A DNA stretch of 64,000 nt from an uncultured Nitrospiraceae bacterium (GCA_964611625.1 CAZTAM010000003.1:311960-375959), one strand, 5' to 3'. Positions 9,057 to 20,632 are shown, counted from the stretch's first letter. Translations and numbers: made by a program. The notes: generated by a model not told the origin, from the letters alone.

Positions 9057-10571
9057 CTAAAATTCCTGGTCCATCTGCAGCCATATGACGTGAGATGCAT
9101 CACTAACATCTTCTAAACCATAACCTGCGCTTATACCCAGATTATCCGTTAACCTATACATAACATCAAAACCGCTCCATGTCCTGTTATCCGGAGTATC
9201 AGCGTGTACACGCACTCTTTCATAGTCCGTCTCAAGGCCAATTCTAACACTCCTGACAGGGAAGTACTCCACCCTTGCAAATATGTCTTCTGCATCTGCC
9301 CCCATATGATGTCCTATTATTCTTCCTTCATAGGTATATCCTGAGGTATACCTGCCGTGGGCATACCATGCATTATAGCCGGTATTTACGGCAGTCGTAG
9401 CCCATTCTAATCTTACGCTCGTATTATCAAGTAAAAAAGGTTCATCAACAAATATACCTGCAAGAAATGCCTTTTCTTTAGGCCACCCGTTGCCTGAAGA
9501 ATCCTCAGCCCCGATCTCTCCATATATTTTCATCCCGGAAAAAGGCCATGACCTGTTTAGTCTGTTTATCATAAGCGAGAAGTCAAGAGACATAATCTGA
9601 TTATTATCAATATCTGAACTTTCCCATCCATGCTCGGTATTGTCATTTGCAATAAGTATATTGAACCAGTCTGAGATGGTAAGACCCTTTCTCCCTTCAC
9701 CGCCGAACATTATTACCCTTGATAATGCAAATCTGAATGACTGCAATGGCCTGAAATCAAAGCGCATGCCCATCACTTTCGCATGAGGATAATCTCTCTT
9801 CTCTTCAAGTTGTGTAACAAAAAGAGTTGGTTTGAATTCTCCCAGCCCTCTTAAAAGCCAGGGCAGGATAAAAGGACTCTGCGATGTTAACCTGATCATA
9901 TCAAGCGGCCTTGCATTATTAGTCAGAAGAAAACTGCCGTGATAACCCGGTCCCCACCAGAGAGGTTCTCTTCCAATTACGAGTTCAATATTGGCTGCAT
10001 TCAATAATCCGTAACCAGTTATCACCTCCCCTTCAGAACCACCCTCCCGCCCCCTGAATTCAGGGTTAAGATAGAAAGATACGCTGCTGCCAAATCTAAG
10101 ATCTGAAGAAATGCCGGCCCTTACATTGCTTCCTGCCTTAATGACATCGCCATTATTATTCGCGTTAAAATAATCAGGATTATCATCACTGAACGTGTAT
10201 CTGAGGTAGGCCGTATCAACAGGTTTTAGAAATATATAAGAAGAATCTTTCGCCTTTGGCTCGCTTAACTCATTATCCAGCTCAGCGAGCATCAGACGGA
10301 TGTCCGGCATCTCATTTTTCTTATTATCAGGCAGGCTGTTCCATGTATTGAGTGCTTCATCCGTAAGCCTCCTCACCTCCACCCTGCTGAAGGGTTTAGT
10401 TGACAGAATACCGGTTTTAATGAATCCACGTGCATCAAGTATGTCTAAGTAATTATATATTCGGCTGTTGAGTGGAGTGTTCGGGGCAGTGCCGGCATTA
10501 ACTATAAAAGGATACAGTATGAAAGATATAATAATCAGATAGAAGGCACAGACCATTAAAATGCCAGTCAT
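9057..10571 (-). CDS. Outer-membrane protein, possibly Wzi-like capsule assembly protein
   Basis: N-terminal signal/anchor, Tyr/Gly-rich barrel-like C-terminus, YNYLDILDARG motif reminiscent of Wzi; track start is TTG at 10604, internal ATG at 10571 preferred. Confidence 0.35.
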   Translation of the reverse strand: MTGILMVCAFYLIIISFILYPFIVNAGTAPNTPLNSRIYNYLDILDARGFIKTGILSTKPFSRVEVRRLTDEALNTWNSLPDNKKNEMPDIRLMLAELDNELSEPKAKDSSYIFLKPVDTAYLRYTFSDDNPDYFNANNNGDVIKAGSNVRAGISSDLRFGSSVSFYLNPEFRGREGGSEGEVITGYGLLNAANIELVIGREPLWWGPGYHGSFLLTNNARPLDMIRLTSQSPFILPWLLRGLGEFKPTLFVTQLEEKRDYPHAKVMGMRFDFRPLQSFRFALSRVIMFGGEGRKGLTISDWFNILIANDNTEHGWESSDIDNNQIMSLDFSLMINRLNRSWPFSGMKIYGEIGAEDSSGNGWPKEKAFLAGIFVDEPFLLDNTSVRLEWATTAVNTGYNAWYAHGRYTSGYTYEGRIIGHHMGADAEDIFARVEYFPVRSVRIGLETDYERVRVHADTPDNRTWSGFDVMYRLTDNLGISAGYGLEDVSDASHVIWLQMDQEF

Positions 10572-10621
10572 GTCACCCTTTTTACTTCTAAAAAACAATT
10601 TCAATTCCCACAGCAGTTTTC

Positions 10622-11890
10622 TTAAATTTTCAGAAGATCTGCGGATACAACATCTTCCTTAACCGGACCAAGAATGGCAAGCGACAAGTACTCAGATTTG
10701 AACAGATCATTTACAAGCCCCTGAATCTGTGATGGCGTTACTCTGTTTATCTCTCTGATAATGTCATCTGTGGTATAAAACCTGCCGGAATATATTTCAT
10801 CCCTTGCTATGCGGCTCATTCGGTTGCTTGTACTCTCAAGCCCCAGCATGAGATTACCCTTCATTTGATTCTTTACCCTGTTCATCTCTTTACGCGAAAT
10901 GCCGTTTCTTCTTATCTTCTTTATCTCTTTAAGCACAAGTTCAAGCACCACCGGTAGTGATTTCTGGCTGGTGCCGGCATAAATATTCATAACTCCGCTG
11001 TCTGTAAAAGATGACAGATATGAGTAAATGCTATAGACAAGGCCCCTTTTCTCCCTTACCTCCTGAAACAGCCTGGAACTCATACTGCTTCCGAGTATGG
11101 CATTTAGTGCATATAATGCATATCTCTTTTTGTCATTCTGGGGCAGTCCCATTGTCCCGAGACACATGTGTACCTGTTCAATGCTTTTGTTTTTGACTGC
11201 TAATCCGTTTCTCAATGATGGCCGGATCCTGTTGTTTTCAGTGACTTTCCGCCTCAATTTTCCAATACTTTTGTTTAAAAGCTTCAGAAGATTTGAGAAC
11301 TCAAAATTTCCGGCAGCAGAGATCACTATATTAGCCGCATGATAATGTGTGCCTATGAATTCAAGCATGCTGTTACGGTTTAATCCCCTGATAGTTTCAA
11401 CACTTCCTACTATAGGCCTGGCAAGTGGATTACCATCCCACACGAGTCTTGAGTGCATGTCGTGAATGTAGTCCTCAGGATCGTCTTCTACCATCTTTAA
11501 CTCTTCAAGAACTACCTGTTTTTCCTTCTCCATATCCTTCCTGGCCATCGAAGAGTGCAGAAACAGATCAGATATGATCTCAATGCCCTTGGACAGGTGC
11601 TCATCGAGGACTTTTACATAAAATGTAGTTGTTTCACGGGTTGTAAATGCATTTAATTCTCCGCCAAGCGAGTCCATCTCGAGGGCAATATCATGAGCAG
11701 AGCGGTGGGCAGTTCCCTTAAAGAACATATGTTCTGTGAAATGAGAGATGCCGGCATTTTCTGCCTCTTCATCTCTTGAACCGACACGAACCCAGATGCC
11801 AAGAGATACTGACTTCACAGTAGGGATTCGTTCAGCAACGACCCGGATGCCATTTTCCAGATGTTCTTTACGAAAAGTAGTATCACTCAT
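10622..11890 (-). CDS. M16-family zinc peptidase (insulinase-like)
   Basis: HxxEH zinc motif (HFTEHMFFKG) at N-terminus; abuts pnp stop. Confidence 0.8.
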   Translation of the reverse strand: MSDTTFRKEHLENGIRVVAERIPTVKSVSLGIWVRVGSRDEEAENAGISHFTEHMFFKGTAHRSAHDIALEMDSLGGELNAFTTRETTTFYVKVLDEHLSKGIEIISDLFLHSSMARKDMEKEKQVVLEELKMVEDDPEDYIHDMHSRLVWDGNPLARPIVGSVETIRGLNRNSMLEFIGTHYHAANIVISAAGNFEFSNLLKLLNKSIGKLRRKVTENNRIRPSLRNGLAVKNKSIEQVHMCLGTMGLPQNDKKRYALYALNAILGSSMSSRLFQEVREKRGLVYSIYSYLSSFTDSGVMNIYAGTSQKSLPVVLELVLKEIKKIRRNGISRKEMNRVKNQMKGNLMLGLESTSNRMSRIARDEIYSGRFYTTDDIIREINRVTPSQIQGLVNDLFKSEYLSLAILGPVKEDVVSADLLKI

Positions 11891-14005
11891 TTAAGATTCA
11901 CTTCTCTCGTCCTTTAACCCTTTTTCTTTCATTGCATCCTTCCTGCTGAGGCGAATCTTTCCCTGCTTGTCTACCTCTAACACCTTGACAAAGACTTCAT
12001 CTCCCTCCTGGACAATATCAGAGACATTGTTCACTCTGAAATCAGCAAGCTGGGATATATGCACAAGACCATCCGTACGCGGAAGTATCTCAACAAATGC
12101 ACCGAAATCCATAATCTTTCTAACCGTTCCACGGTATATCTTTCCGACTTCAACTTCCTCTGTAATCTTGTTTATTATCCCGATTGCCTTATTAGCAGCT
12201 TCTTCATCAGTAGATGCTATAGTGATCAAACCTGAGTCATCAATGTCAATCTTGACCCCTGTCTGCTCGATGATACTTCTTATCATCTTTCCGCCCGGCC
12301 CTATTACCTCGCCAACCCTGCCCGGTTTTACCTTCAGGGTAAATATCCTTGGGGCATGAGCAGAGAGTGAAGCCCGTGGTACAGATATAGCCTCAATCAT
12401 CCTGTCAAGTATATGAAGCCTGCCCTTGCGTGCCTGCTCAAGCGCCCTGCCCATAACCTCAGTTGTTATGCCGGCAATTTTAATGTCCATCTGAATGGCA
12501 GTCACGCCATCAGCAGTGCCGGTAACCTTGAAGTCCATATCGCCAAGGTGATCTTCGACTCCTAATATATCCGACAATATTTCAACTTTATCACCTTCCT
12601 TAATCAATCCCATTGCAATCCCTGCTACTGGCGCCGTAATTGGAACTCCAGCATCCATAAGGGCCAGAGAAGAGCCGCAAACAGTCGCCATGGATGAAGA
12701 GCCGTTTGATTCAAGGATATCAGAGACAATCCTGAGGGTGTATGGAAACAGATCTTTACCGGGGATAATGGGCTTAATCGCACGTTCAGCCAATGCTCCA
12801 TGCCCAACCTCTCTCCTTCCTGGACTGCGAAGCGGCCTTGCCTCTCCTACACTAAACGGAGGAAAATTATAGTGCAGCATGAATGCCTTGGTAGACTCAC
12901 CTTCCAGGGCCTCAACAAACTGTTCATCATCTGCAGTACCAAGGGTGACTACAGCAAGGCTCTGAGTCTCACCCCTTGTGAAAAGGGCTGAGCCATGAGT
13001 TCTTGGCAGGATCCCGACATCACACGTTATAGTCCTGATATCTGAAGGCCCCCTGCCATCGGCCCTTACACCTTTGTTCAGTATCATGTTCCGCATTTCT
13101 CTTTTTTCAATCTTGTGGAATATAGTCCTAATATCCCTGTTCTTGTCTCCTTCTGTCCCCTCCGGGTTAAGTTGAGAGAGAACATCATTAAGAATCGAAT
13201 CCAGGGTAGACTGGCGCTCTGTCTTATTCGGTATTATCAAGGCATCTGATATCTTATCAAGAGATAATTTCTCAATATCTGCCATAAGATTCTCATCAAC
13301 AGAAGTTACAGCTACCTGTATCTTTTCACGTCCGACCAGCTTCCTCAATTCGACCTGTGCATCAATGAGTTTCTGAATCTCAGCGTGTGCGAGCTCAATG
13401 CCTTTCAGAATAATCTCCTCACTCACCATTTTTGCGCCGCCTTCTACCATCATTACTGCATCACGCGTACCTGCAACAACAAGGTTTAAGTCACTGGTGT
13501 CCAGCTCGCAGAAACCGGGATTTATAATAAACTCACCGTTTATATATCCAACACGCACTGCACCGACGGGGTCATTAAACGGAATCTCTGAAATGTAAAT
13601 AGCTGCTGACGAGGCCGTTATTGCCAGCAGGTCTGTTGAATAGCCGAAATCAGCTGACAATACATATGAAATAATCTGCGTATCATTGTAATACCCTTTT
13701 GGAAACAGCGGTCTTAATGGCCTGTCTATCAGCCTGCTTGTAAGCGTTTCCTTCTCGGTCGGCCTACCCTCCCTGCGGAAGAAACTACCCGGGATCCTTC
13801 CAACTGCATAAGACTTTTCCTGATAGTCTACCGTCATGGGGAGAAAATCTATCCCCACCCTGACCTGTTTAGAGGCAACTGCTGTTGATAAAACAACAGT
13901 GTCACCATACCGGGCAACAACTGCACCATCAGCCTGTTTGGCCATCCACCCTGTTTCAAGGGTCAGTTTCCTTCCACCTATTTCAGCTTCCACTTTCTGG
14001 ATCAT
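11891..14005 (-). CDS. pnp: Polynucleotide phosphorylase
   Basis: 704 aa, two RNase PH-like domains, KH and C-terminal S1 domain. Confidence 0.95.
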   Translation of the reverse strand: MIQKVEAEIGGRKLTLETGWMAKQADGAVVARYGDTVVLSTAVASKQVRVGIDFLPMTVDYQEKSYAVGRIPGSFFRREGRPTEKETLTSRLIDRPLRPLFPKGYYNDTQIISYVLSADFGYSTDLLAITASSAAIYISEIPFNDPVGAVRVGYINGEFIINPGFCELDTSDLNLVVAGTRDAVMMVEGGAKMVSEEIILKGIELAHAEIQKLIDAQVELRKLVGREKIQVAVTSVDENLMADIEKLSLDKISDALIIPNKTERQSTLDSILNDVLSQLNPEGTEGDKNRDIRTIFHKIEKREMRNMILNKGVRADGRGPSDIRTITCDVGILPRTHGSALFTRGETQSLAVVTLGTADDEQFVEALEGESTKAFMLHYNFPPFSVGEARPLRSPGRREVGHGALAERAIKPIIPGKDLFPYTLRIVSDILESNGSSSMATVCGSSLALMDAGVPITAPVAGIAMGLIKEGDKVEILSDILGVEDHLGDMDFKVTGTADGVTAIQMDIKIAGITTEVMGRALEQARKGRLHILDRMIEAISVPRASLSAHAPRIFTLKVKPGRVGEVIGPGGKMIRSIIEQTGVKIDIDDSGLITIASTDEEAANKAIGIINKITEEVEVGKIYRGTVRKIMDFGAFVEILPRTDGLVHISQLADFRVNNVSDIVQEGDEVFVKVLEVDKQGKIRLSRKDAMKEKGLKDERSES

Positions 14006-14030
14006 TATTGTGTTCCCCCCGTAAGGTAAT

Positions 14031-14300
14031 CTATTTTCTCAGTCCGAGCCTTTTTATCAAATCCTTGTATCTGCCGGTATCTATCCGCTGAAGATACTGA
14101 AGCAGTCTTCTCCTCTGGTTTACCAGTTTTAAGAGACCTCTGCGTGAATGATGATCTTTCGTGTGCGTCTTAAAGTGCTCAGTAAGATAGGCAATCCTGT
14201 TGCTCAAAATAGCAACCTGTACCTCAGGGGAACCTGTGTCAGACGGATGTCTGCTGTATCCCTTTATGATGTTTTGTTTTTCCTGTTTCTCCAGACTCAT
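14031..14300 (-). CDS. rpsO: 30S ribosomal protein S15
   Basis: 89 aa, canonical S15 sequence ([11 protein letters not shown]...HSRRGLL). Confidence 0.95.
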   Translation of the reverse strand: MSLEKQEKQNIIKGYSRHPSDTGSPEVQVAILSNRIAYLTEHFKTHTKDHHSRRGLLKLVNQRRRLLQYLQRIDTGRYKDLIKRLGLRK

Positions 14301-14337
14301 TTATTTGCCCCCCTCCATGAATAAATAATTTAAATGA

Positions 14338-15264
14338 TTATATCAAAACTCTCTCAATTTTTAAAATCTTTTCATTACTGCCGCAGCTGACCTCATTACT
14401 ATTACAGATTGCCTTACCTATAGCGTTAAGTGCACCATAGCCGTCAATTACTGCAACAGTATCATCAGTGCAGAAATCCCCTTTTATTCCATCTATAGCC
14501 TGCATATCGAGTGACCTGCCGTCTCTTACCAGTTTATGACCATATTTGTTTATAGTGACAGAAGGCATCCAGCATGTGACCTGCTCCAGCCTTTTTAGCC
14601 GCGGCTCCAGTTTGCCGGCAAGGTTAAGTCCGGCAGCATCTTCAACTGTCATGGAGTCATTTATAGTAAACTCTCCCGATCTTGTCCTCTCGAGACTGAA
14701 CATATGTGCACCCACTCCAAGAAATTCACCGATGTCAGCACAGAGTGTCCTGATATATGTCCCCTTCGAACATGTTGCCCTGAATTTTACGAGGTCTCCG
14801 GAGTATTCGAGAAGTTTGATTTCAGCAATGTTTACTTCTCTGGGATCTCTTGTAATCTCTTTACCTTTGCGGGCATGACGATAAAGGGGAACCCCCTTGA
14901 CCTTAACGGCAGAATACATCGGCGGCAATTGTCTGATCTTACCTGTAAATTTTCTTAAAGCCTCTTCTATCCGTGCCATGGTGATATCAAAGTCTTTTGT
15001 TTCTTTAATAACCCTGCCTGTGGCATCCTGAGTATCAGTGCTTATCCCTAATCTCATGACAACTTCATATTCTTTGTCTGACTCGTTGGTATATTGGGCA
15101 AGCCTCGTCGCCCTTCCTATGCAAACAGTCAGAACCCCTGTTGCATCCGGATCAAGAGTACCAGTATGACCTATTTTCTGTATTGATAAGATCCGGCGTA
15201 ATTGGGCCACGACGTCATGAGATGTACAGCCTTTTTGCTTATTTATGATAAGTAATCCTTCCAA
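14338..15264 (-). CDS. truB: tRNA pseudouridine-55 synthase
   Basis: GHTGTLDPDATGVL catalytic motif; TTG start overlapping nrnA stop. Confidence 0.9.
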   Translation of the reverse strand: MEGLLIINKQKGCTSHDVVAQLRRILSIQKIGHTGTLDPDATGVLTVCIGRATRLAQYTNESDKEYEVVMRLGISTDTQDATGRVIKETKDFDITMARIEEALRKFTGKIRQLPPMYSAVKVKGVPLYRHARKGKEITRDPREVNIAEIKLLEYSGDLVKFRATCSKGTYIRTLCADIGEFLGVGAHMFSLERTRSGEFTINDSMTVEDAAGLNLAGKLEPRLKRLEQVTCWMPSVTINKYGHKLVRDGRSLDMQAIDGIKGDFCTDDTVAVIDGYGALNAIGKAICNSNEVSCGSNEKILKIERVLI

Positions 15265-16210
15265 CAGCTTCAGCCACCTTCCCTATTACACGCTCTAATA
15301 CCTCATCAAGTGATCCCTTTAAGAAACAGCCTGCCGCCATACTATGCCCCCCGCCTCCAAACTCCAGGGAGACTAACGCAACATCAACCTTTCCATTTGA
15401 CCGAAAGCTCAATTTCCAGTCATTGCCTGATTGCCTGAATAAAACAGCAACCTCAACACCGTCTATTGACCTCGGGTAATTTATCAAATCCTCTGTATCC
15501 TCTTTTGTTGTCCCTGTTTCCTTGAACATTTCTTCAAGTACAACAACCCACGCTATCTTCCCGTCTCCGCTGAATTTAAGTGTTGACAGCACAAGCCCCA
15601 GCAGATTTATTCTGCCAACACTGTTTCTGTTATACACATTGTCAGCTATCACCGCTGGATCAGCGCCATAACTGATCATCTCGCCCGCTACCCGGAGAGT
15701 GTGATCTGTAGTATTCGTATATCTGAACGAACCTGTCTCAGTCATTATAGCGGTATAAATACATACAGCAATATCAGTAGTAACCGGTATGCCCATCTTC
15801 TTTATGATGGTATATACCATATCAGCTGAGGCAACTGCCTCTTCCACGAGGTTAATTGTCCCAAAACCAAGATTTGTCTTATGGTGGTCAATATTTATAA
15901 GGATATCTGATGGTATATTGTCTTTTCTTAAGAATCCCACCCTTTCAAGGTCGCCGCAGTCGAGGACGATAACAGCATCAAACCGTTCATTAACAGTCTT
16001 TACCTGCTGAACCATATTACTTGAAGGAAGGAACTTAAGGATCCTTGGAACAGGATCTGCTGTATTAACCGTAACCTTCTTGCCCAGTGAAGACAAGGCT
16101 AATGCGAGCGCAAGTGTCGAGCCAATAGCATCACCCTCGGGATTCATGTGCGTGGTCAGCATGAAACTTTCCTTATTTTTCAGCGTGTCTATTATCTTAT
16201 CTATGCTCAA
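15239..16210 (-). CDS. nrnA: DHH-family phosphoesterase NrnA (oligoribonuclease / pAp phosphatase)
   Basis: DHH motif (NIDHHKTN), DHHA1 domain with GGGH near C-terminus. Confidence 0.75.
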   Translation of the reverse strand: MSIDKIIDTLKNKESFMLTTHMNPEGDAIGSTLALALALSSLGKKVTVNTADPVPRILKFLPSSNMVQQVKTVNERFDAVIVLDCGDLERVGFLRKDNIPSDILINIDHHKTNLGFGTINLVEEAVASADMVYTIIKKMGIPVTTDIAVCIYTAIMTETGSFRYTNTTDHTLRVAGEMISYGADPAVIADNVYNRNSVGRINLLGLVLSTLKFSGDGKIAWVVVLEEMFKETGTTKEDTEDLINYPRSIDGVEVAVLFRQSGNDWKLSFRSNGKVDVALVSLEFGGGGHSMAAGCFLKGSLDEVLERVIGKVAEAVGRITYHK

Positions 16211-16563
16211 TTGTCTTCCTCTTTCTGAATGTGATCAAGAATATCAAGGACGTGGGCTGCCTTCTCAAGTGAGTTATCCAGTCTGAAAACTATATCCGGG
16301 GTAAATTTAATCTTAATCCTCCGGCCAATTTCTCCCTTTACAAAACCAGAGGCACTGTTAAGTCCCTTCATTGTCTCCGTTTGAGTCTTCTCATCTCCAT
16401 ATATGCTTACGTAGACCTTTGCATGCCTGAGATCCGCACTTACATCAACAGACGTGACAGTAACAAAACCAACCCTTGGGTCTTTTAACTTCTTCGCAAT
16501 TATATCTGCTACTTCAGCCCTGATCTGGTCGCCGAGCCTGTCTGTCCGTCTATACTGTTGCAT
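16207..16563 (-). CDS. rbfA: Ribosome-binding factor A
   Basis: 118 aa, typical RbfA N-terminus (RTDRLGDQIRAEVADII...VTVTSV). Confidence 0.9.
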   Translation of the reverse strand: MQQYRRTDRLGDQIRAEVADIIAKKLKDPRVGFVTVTSVDVSADLRHAKVYVSIYGDEKTQTETMKGLNSASGFVKGEIGRRIKIKFTPDIVFRLDNSLEKAAHVLDILDHIQKEEDN

Positions 16564-16579
16564 TGGATATAATTAACTT

Positions 16580-16861
16580 TCACACAAACTCTATATTGTG
16601 CTTCAACAATTCTACTGAATGTTCCGCTGAAATAAGATCTATTATCTTATCCAGTACGGCATTAATATACTTCTTTTCAGTCCCTACACAGGCAATACCG
16701 AATACTGATCGCTGCCAGAGATCATGATCACCGATCTCAGCAACTGAAACATTAAACTTTTGCCGAATCCGGTCTTTTATACTCTTGATGACCTGCCGTT
16801 TTCCTTTCAGAGAACCGCTGTCAGGGATAAAAAGTTCTACAGTACAGAGACCTACGAGCAT
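16580..16861 (-). CDS. DUF503 (YlxP-like) protein
   Basis: 93 aa; the infB-rbfA intergenic position matches the conserved location of ylxP. Confidence 0.65.
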   Translation of the reverse strand: MLVGLCTVELFIPDSGSLKGKRQVIKSIKDRIRQKFNVSVAEIGDHDLWQRSVFGIACVGTEKKYINAVLDKIIDLISAEHSVELLKHNIEFV

Positions 16862-16865
16862 GTGG

Positions 16866-19373
16866 TTATAGTTTAGTCGCTACTTTTTCTATAAAAAATG
16901 CCTCAATGATATCTCCAACCTTGATGTCATTGAAATTCTCAATTCCAATACCGCATTCATAACCAGCCTGAACATCACGGACATCATCCTTGAAACGGCG
17001 CAGTGATGAGATCTTGCCTTTATATATCTCAACATTATCCCGTATCAGTCTTACACCTGTAGTTGACCTTGATATTACCCCATCAAGAACGTATGAACCC
17101 GCGATACTCCCGATTTTAGGAATAGTGAATACCTCTCTTACCTCTGCCCTACCCTTAATATGCTCTTTAAATGTAGGTTCAAGGAGTCCCTCCATAGCAG
17201 CTTTGACATCTGCCACAGCATCATAAATGATGTTGTAGAGGCGGATATCAACCTTCTCCTTTTCCGCAAGTGTAACTGCCTTCGGCTCAGGTCTCACATT
17301 AAAACCTGTGATTATGGCATTTGATGCAGCTGCAAGCATTACATCTGTTTCAGTTATACCGCCAACACCTCCATGTATTACCCTGACCTTGACAGCTTCT
17401 GTTCCGAGTCTTTCCAGTGCCTCATTAACCGCCTCGACAGATCCCTGGACATCCCCCTTTATAATTATCTTCAGCTCACGGACAACGCCATCTTTTATCT
17501 GGGTATATAATTCATCGAGTGTTACCTTCTTTGCCTTCTCCAGTCCGGCTACTCTCTGCTTCTGCTGTCTGTCAGTCGCGATTGATCTCGCTATCTGCTC
17601 ATCCTCAACAGCCACAAATGTATCACCTGCCTGAGGAACTCCTGACAACCCGATAACCTCCACAGGTGTTGAAGGATACGCAGCCTGAAGAGGCTTTCCT
17701 ACATCGTTCAGCAGCAGCCTCACCCTTCCATAAAAAGTCCCGCATACAAACGGGTCCCCCTGCGTCAGCATCCCGTTTTGAACTAATACCGTAGCGACAG
17801 GCCCCCTGCCTTTATCAAGCTTAGCCTCGAGAATGACGCCTCTTGCCTTTTTGTCTGGGTTTGCCTTAAGTTCAAGTACCTCTGCCTGCAGCAGGATCAT
17901 TTCAAGCAGGTGGTCAAGCCCGATCTTCTGTTTTGCAGATACTTCTGCAACGATATTCTGCCCACCCCACTCTTCCGGGACTAAACCGTGTTTTGTCAGC
18001 TCCTGCCTGATGCGTTCAGTATTGGCGCCAGGTTTATCTATCTTATTTATTGCAACAATGATTGGCACATTAGCCGCTCTCGCATGATTAATCGCTTCAA
18101 TGGTCTGCGGCATAATACCGTCATCAGCAGCAACGACAAGGATGACAATATCAGTAACCTTGGCCCCGCGAGCCCTCATTGCAGTGAATGCCTCGTGACC
18201 AGGGGTATCAAGAAATACAATCTTTTTCCCATTCGTCTCTACAACATATGCACCTATATGCTGAGTAATGCCGCCGGCTTCCCCCTCAGTAACCCTTGTC
18301 TTTCTTATGGCGTCAAGCAGAGAGGTCTTCCCATGGTCTACATGTCCCATGATTGTTACAACAGGCGCCCGACCCTGCAATGTCTCAGGAACATCCTCGA
18401 CCTCTTCTATATACTCTTCCAATTTCTTCTCGGCAGATACCTCTACCTTTAATCCGAAGGCATCTGCTATAAGTATGGCTGCGTCAACATCAATCGGGTT
18501 GTTAACGGGAACCATCATACCCATCTCGATAAGCCTGGCTATTACCTCATTGGACTTATGGCCTATCAGATCAGAAAACTCCTTTACCGTAATCCCTTCA
18601 TACAGTTTAATAATCTTCTTTCTCGGCTTGGTTATTTCTGCCTGCAGGCTGCCTTTGGTCCTTCTGTCCATAACTGTTGATTTGAACTTCTTGACCTTCT
18701 TCGGAATTACCTTAAAGCTCTTCCACCTTTGAGCAATTACAAGGTCTTCATCAACCTCTCCTGCTATAACCTTTATACCCTTTTTCTTCTGTCCCTTGAC
18801 CTCAGGCTTCTCTTCTGATGGTTTAACATTCACGGATGGCTTAGTTTCTATGACCGGTGTTTCAGTAATCTGCGGCAGTATAATTTCTGCCACAGGCTCT
18901 GGTTTCAAATCAGTCTCCACTGAAGGTTGTTCAACGGTTTCTGCTGCATCAAGTCCTGGGAGTAAATCTTCCTTTAACCCGCCAAGTTCCCTGAACTCCT
19001 TTAATTTTCTAACTACATTTTCTTCAAGTTTCTTTTCTTCGTCCTTTATCTCTACTGCACTGATGTCCCCTGTAATTTCCTCTGTCTTCCCGGCTTGAGG
19101 AGCAGCCTCTGCCTCCTCAGGCAAGGGTGCAACAACCTTTTTCTTTATAAGGATGGTCTTGGGAGTGCCCTTAATTTCCTTGAAAGACTCGCTTGCTTTG
19201 GCGGTACTATCCGCTTTTTTGTTTAACCTGTCACTTACGACTGCAATTGAGCTTTCATCAAGCACCGACATGTGTGTTGTCGCAGCTATGCCGATACTCT
19301 TCAGAATATCAAGAAGTTCCTTGCTCTTCATATTAAATTCACGGGCTAATTCAAAAACCTTTTTACCACTCAT
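16866..19373 (-). CDS. infB: Translation initiation factor IF-2
   Basis: 835 aa, GTPase G-domain ([24 protein letters not shown]). Confidence 0.95.
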   Translation of the reverse strand: MSGKKVFELAREFNMKSKELLDILKSIGIAATTHMSVLDESSIAVVSDRLNKKADSTAKASESFKEIKGTPKTILIKKKVVAPLPEEAEAAPQAGKTEEITGDISAVEIKDEEKKLEENVVRKLKEFRELGGLKEDLLPGLDAAETVEQPSVETDLKPEPVAEIILPQITETPVIETKPSVNVKPSEEKPEVKGQKKKGIKVIAGEVDEDLVIAQRWKSFKVIPKKVKKFKSTVMDRRTKGSLQAEITKPRKKIIKLYEGITVKEFSDLIGHKSNEVIARLIEMGMMVPVNNPIDVDAAILIADAFGLKVEVSAEKKLEEYIEEVEDVPETLQGRAPVVTIMGHVDHGKTSLLDAIRKTRVTEGEAGGITQHIGAYVVETNGKKIVFLDTPGHEAFTAMRARGAKVTDIVILVVAADDGIMPQTIEAINHARAANVPIIVAINKIDKPGANTERIRQELTKHGLVPEEWGGQNIVAEVSAKQKIGLDHLLEMILLQAEVLELKANPDKKARGVILEAKLDKGRGPVATVLVQNGMLTQGDPFVCGTFYGRVRLLLNDVGKPLQAAYPSTPVEVIGLSGVPQAGDTFVAVEDEQIARSIATDRQQKQRVAGLEKAKKVTLDELYTQIKDGVVRELKIIIKGDVQGSVEAVNEALERLGTEAVKVRVIHGGVGGITETDVMLAAASNAIITGFNVRPEPKAVTLAEKEKVDIRLYNIIYDAVADVKAAMEGLLEPTFKEHIKGRAEVREVFTIPKIGSIAGSYVLDGVISRSTTGVRLIRDNVEIYKGKISSLRRFKDDVRDVQAGYECGIGIENFNDIKVGDIIEAFFIEKVATKL

Positions 19374-19428
19374 ATTTATATTTACTCCTTAGTTTACAGT
19401 TATTAATTAAATTCGTCCTTGTAAACTA

Positions 19429-20607
19429 TCAGGCCTCCTCAACATTCTCAGCGATCTCGACATTCTCAGTATTCTCAGCACTTCCGGTCTTCTCAGTTAC
19501 GAGTTCCTGTCCTGCCTCCATCTCTCTGGCCATACTCTCGGAAATCTCCGATTCCTTTTCCTTGGCGCGCTTCTGTTCATATTCAGTTTCACTGATTATA
19601 TCAATTTTCCAATTGGTCAGCTTGGCTGCAAGCCTGACATTCTGACCTTTTTTACCTATTGCAAGTGACAACTGCTGATCTGTTACTACTACAAGAGCTG
19701 ATTTCTCCTCTTCATTTATTCCAACCCTGTCAACTACAGCAGGACTCAGGGCCTCAGCAATAAAAATCCTCGGGTCGTCAGACCATGGAATAATATCTAT
19801 CTTCTCCCCTCTTAATTCTCGAACTACTGCCTGCACCCGGGATCCCTTCATTCCAACACAAGCCCCGACGGGATCTACAGCAGTGTCCTTGGATAAGACG
19901 GATATCTTTGTCCTGTCACCAGGTTCTCTTACAACATCTTTTATCTCCACTATCCTCTCATAAATTTCCGGAACTTCAGTTGCAAATAACTTGCTGACAA
20001 AATTTGGATGACTCCTGGACAGGATAAGCTGGGGGCCTTTTGCAGACGGCTTGACCTCCAGCAGAAATGCCTTGATACGGTCACCTCGTTTAAAGGTCTC
20101 CCTCGGGATCTGTTCTTTTGCCGGCAACAGACCCTCTGTCTTACCAAGATCAACGATATAATTTCTGTTCTCGTGCCCTAAAATTACTCCATGCACCAGC
20201 TCTCCCTGACGGTCAATGAAATCCTTATAGACAGTGTCCCACTCAGCCTCCCTGACCTTCTGAAATATAACCTGCTTTGCAGTCTGCGCAGCAATTCTGC
20301 CAAAATCACCTACCTCAATCAATGCCCCTATCTCATCTCCCAGTTCAGCCTCATTATCCATCAACCTTGCTTCATTAAGAGATATTTCTTCCTTGGGGTT
20401 GGTTACATCCTCAACAATTTTCTTGATTAATATGACCTGAATCTCTCCGGATTTAGGGTCAATCTCTACCTGAATATTATCCGAAACTCCATAGCGTTTT
20501 TTTGCCGCTGATAAAAGAGCAGACTTTACAGCATCAAGAATAATTGCCCCGTTAATACCCTTTTCCCTGCTAATCTGTTCTATTACATTAATAAGTTCTC
20601 TGCTCAT
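19429..20607 (-). CDS. nusA: Transcription termination/antitermination factor NusA
   Basis: S1 and tandem KH domains; SD GGGAGGA upstream of ATG. Confidence 0.95.
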   Translation of the reverse strand: MSRELINVIEQISREKGINGAIILDAVKSALLSAAKKRYGVSDNIQVEIDPKSGEIQVILIKKIVEDVTNPKEEISLNEARLMDNEAELGDEIGALIEVGDFGRIAAQTAKQVIFQKVREAEWDTVYKDFIDRQGELVHGVILGHENRNYIVDLGKTEGLLPAKEQIPRETFKRGDRIKAFLLEVKPSAKGPQLILSRSHPNFVSKLFATEVPEIYERIVEIKDVVREPGDRTKISVLSKDTAVDPVGACVGMKGSRVQAVVRELRGEKIDIIPWSDDPRIFIAEALSPAVVDRVGINEEEKSALVVVTDQQLSLAIGKKGQNVRLAAKLTNWKIDIISETEYEQKRAKEKESEISESMAREMEAGQELVTEKTGSAENTENVEIAENVEEA

Positions 20608-20632
20608 TGAGAATCATTTCCTCCCTTTCAAA

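Noticed and set aside
11967-12359. 130-aa plus-strand ORF
   Set aside because: Antisense to pnp.
17988-18732. Two 154-aa plus-strand ORFs
   Set aside because: Antisense to infB; no start signals, Ser/Thr-rich shadow-frame composition.
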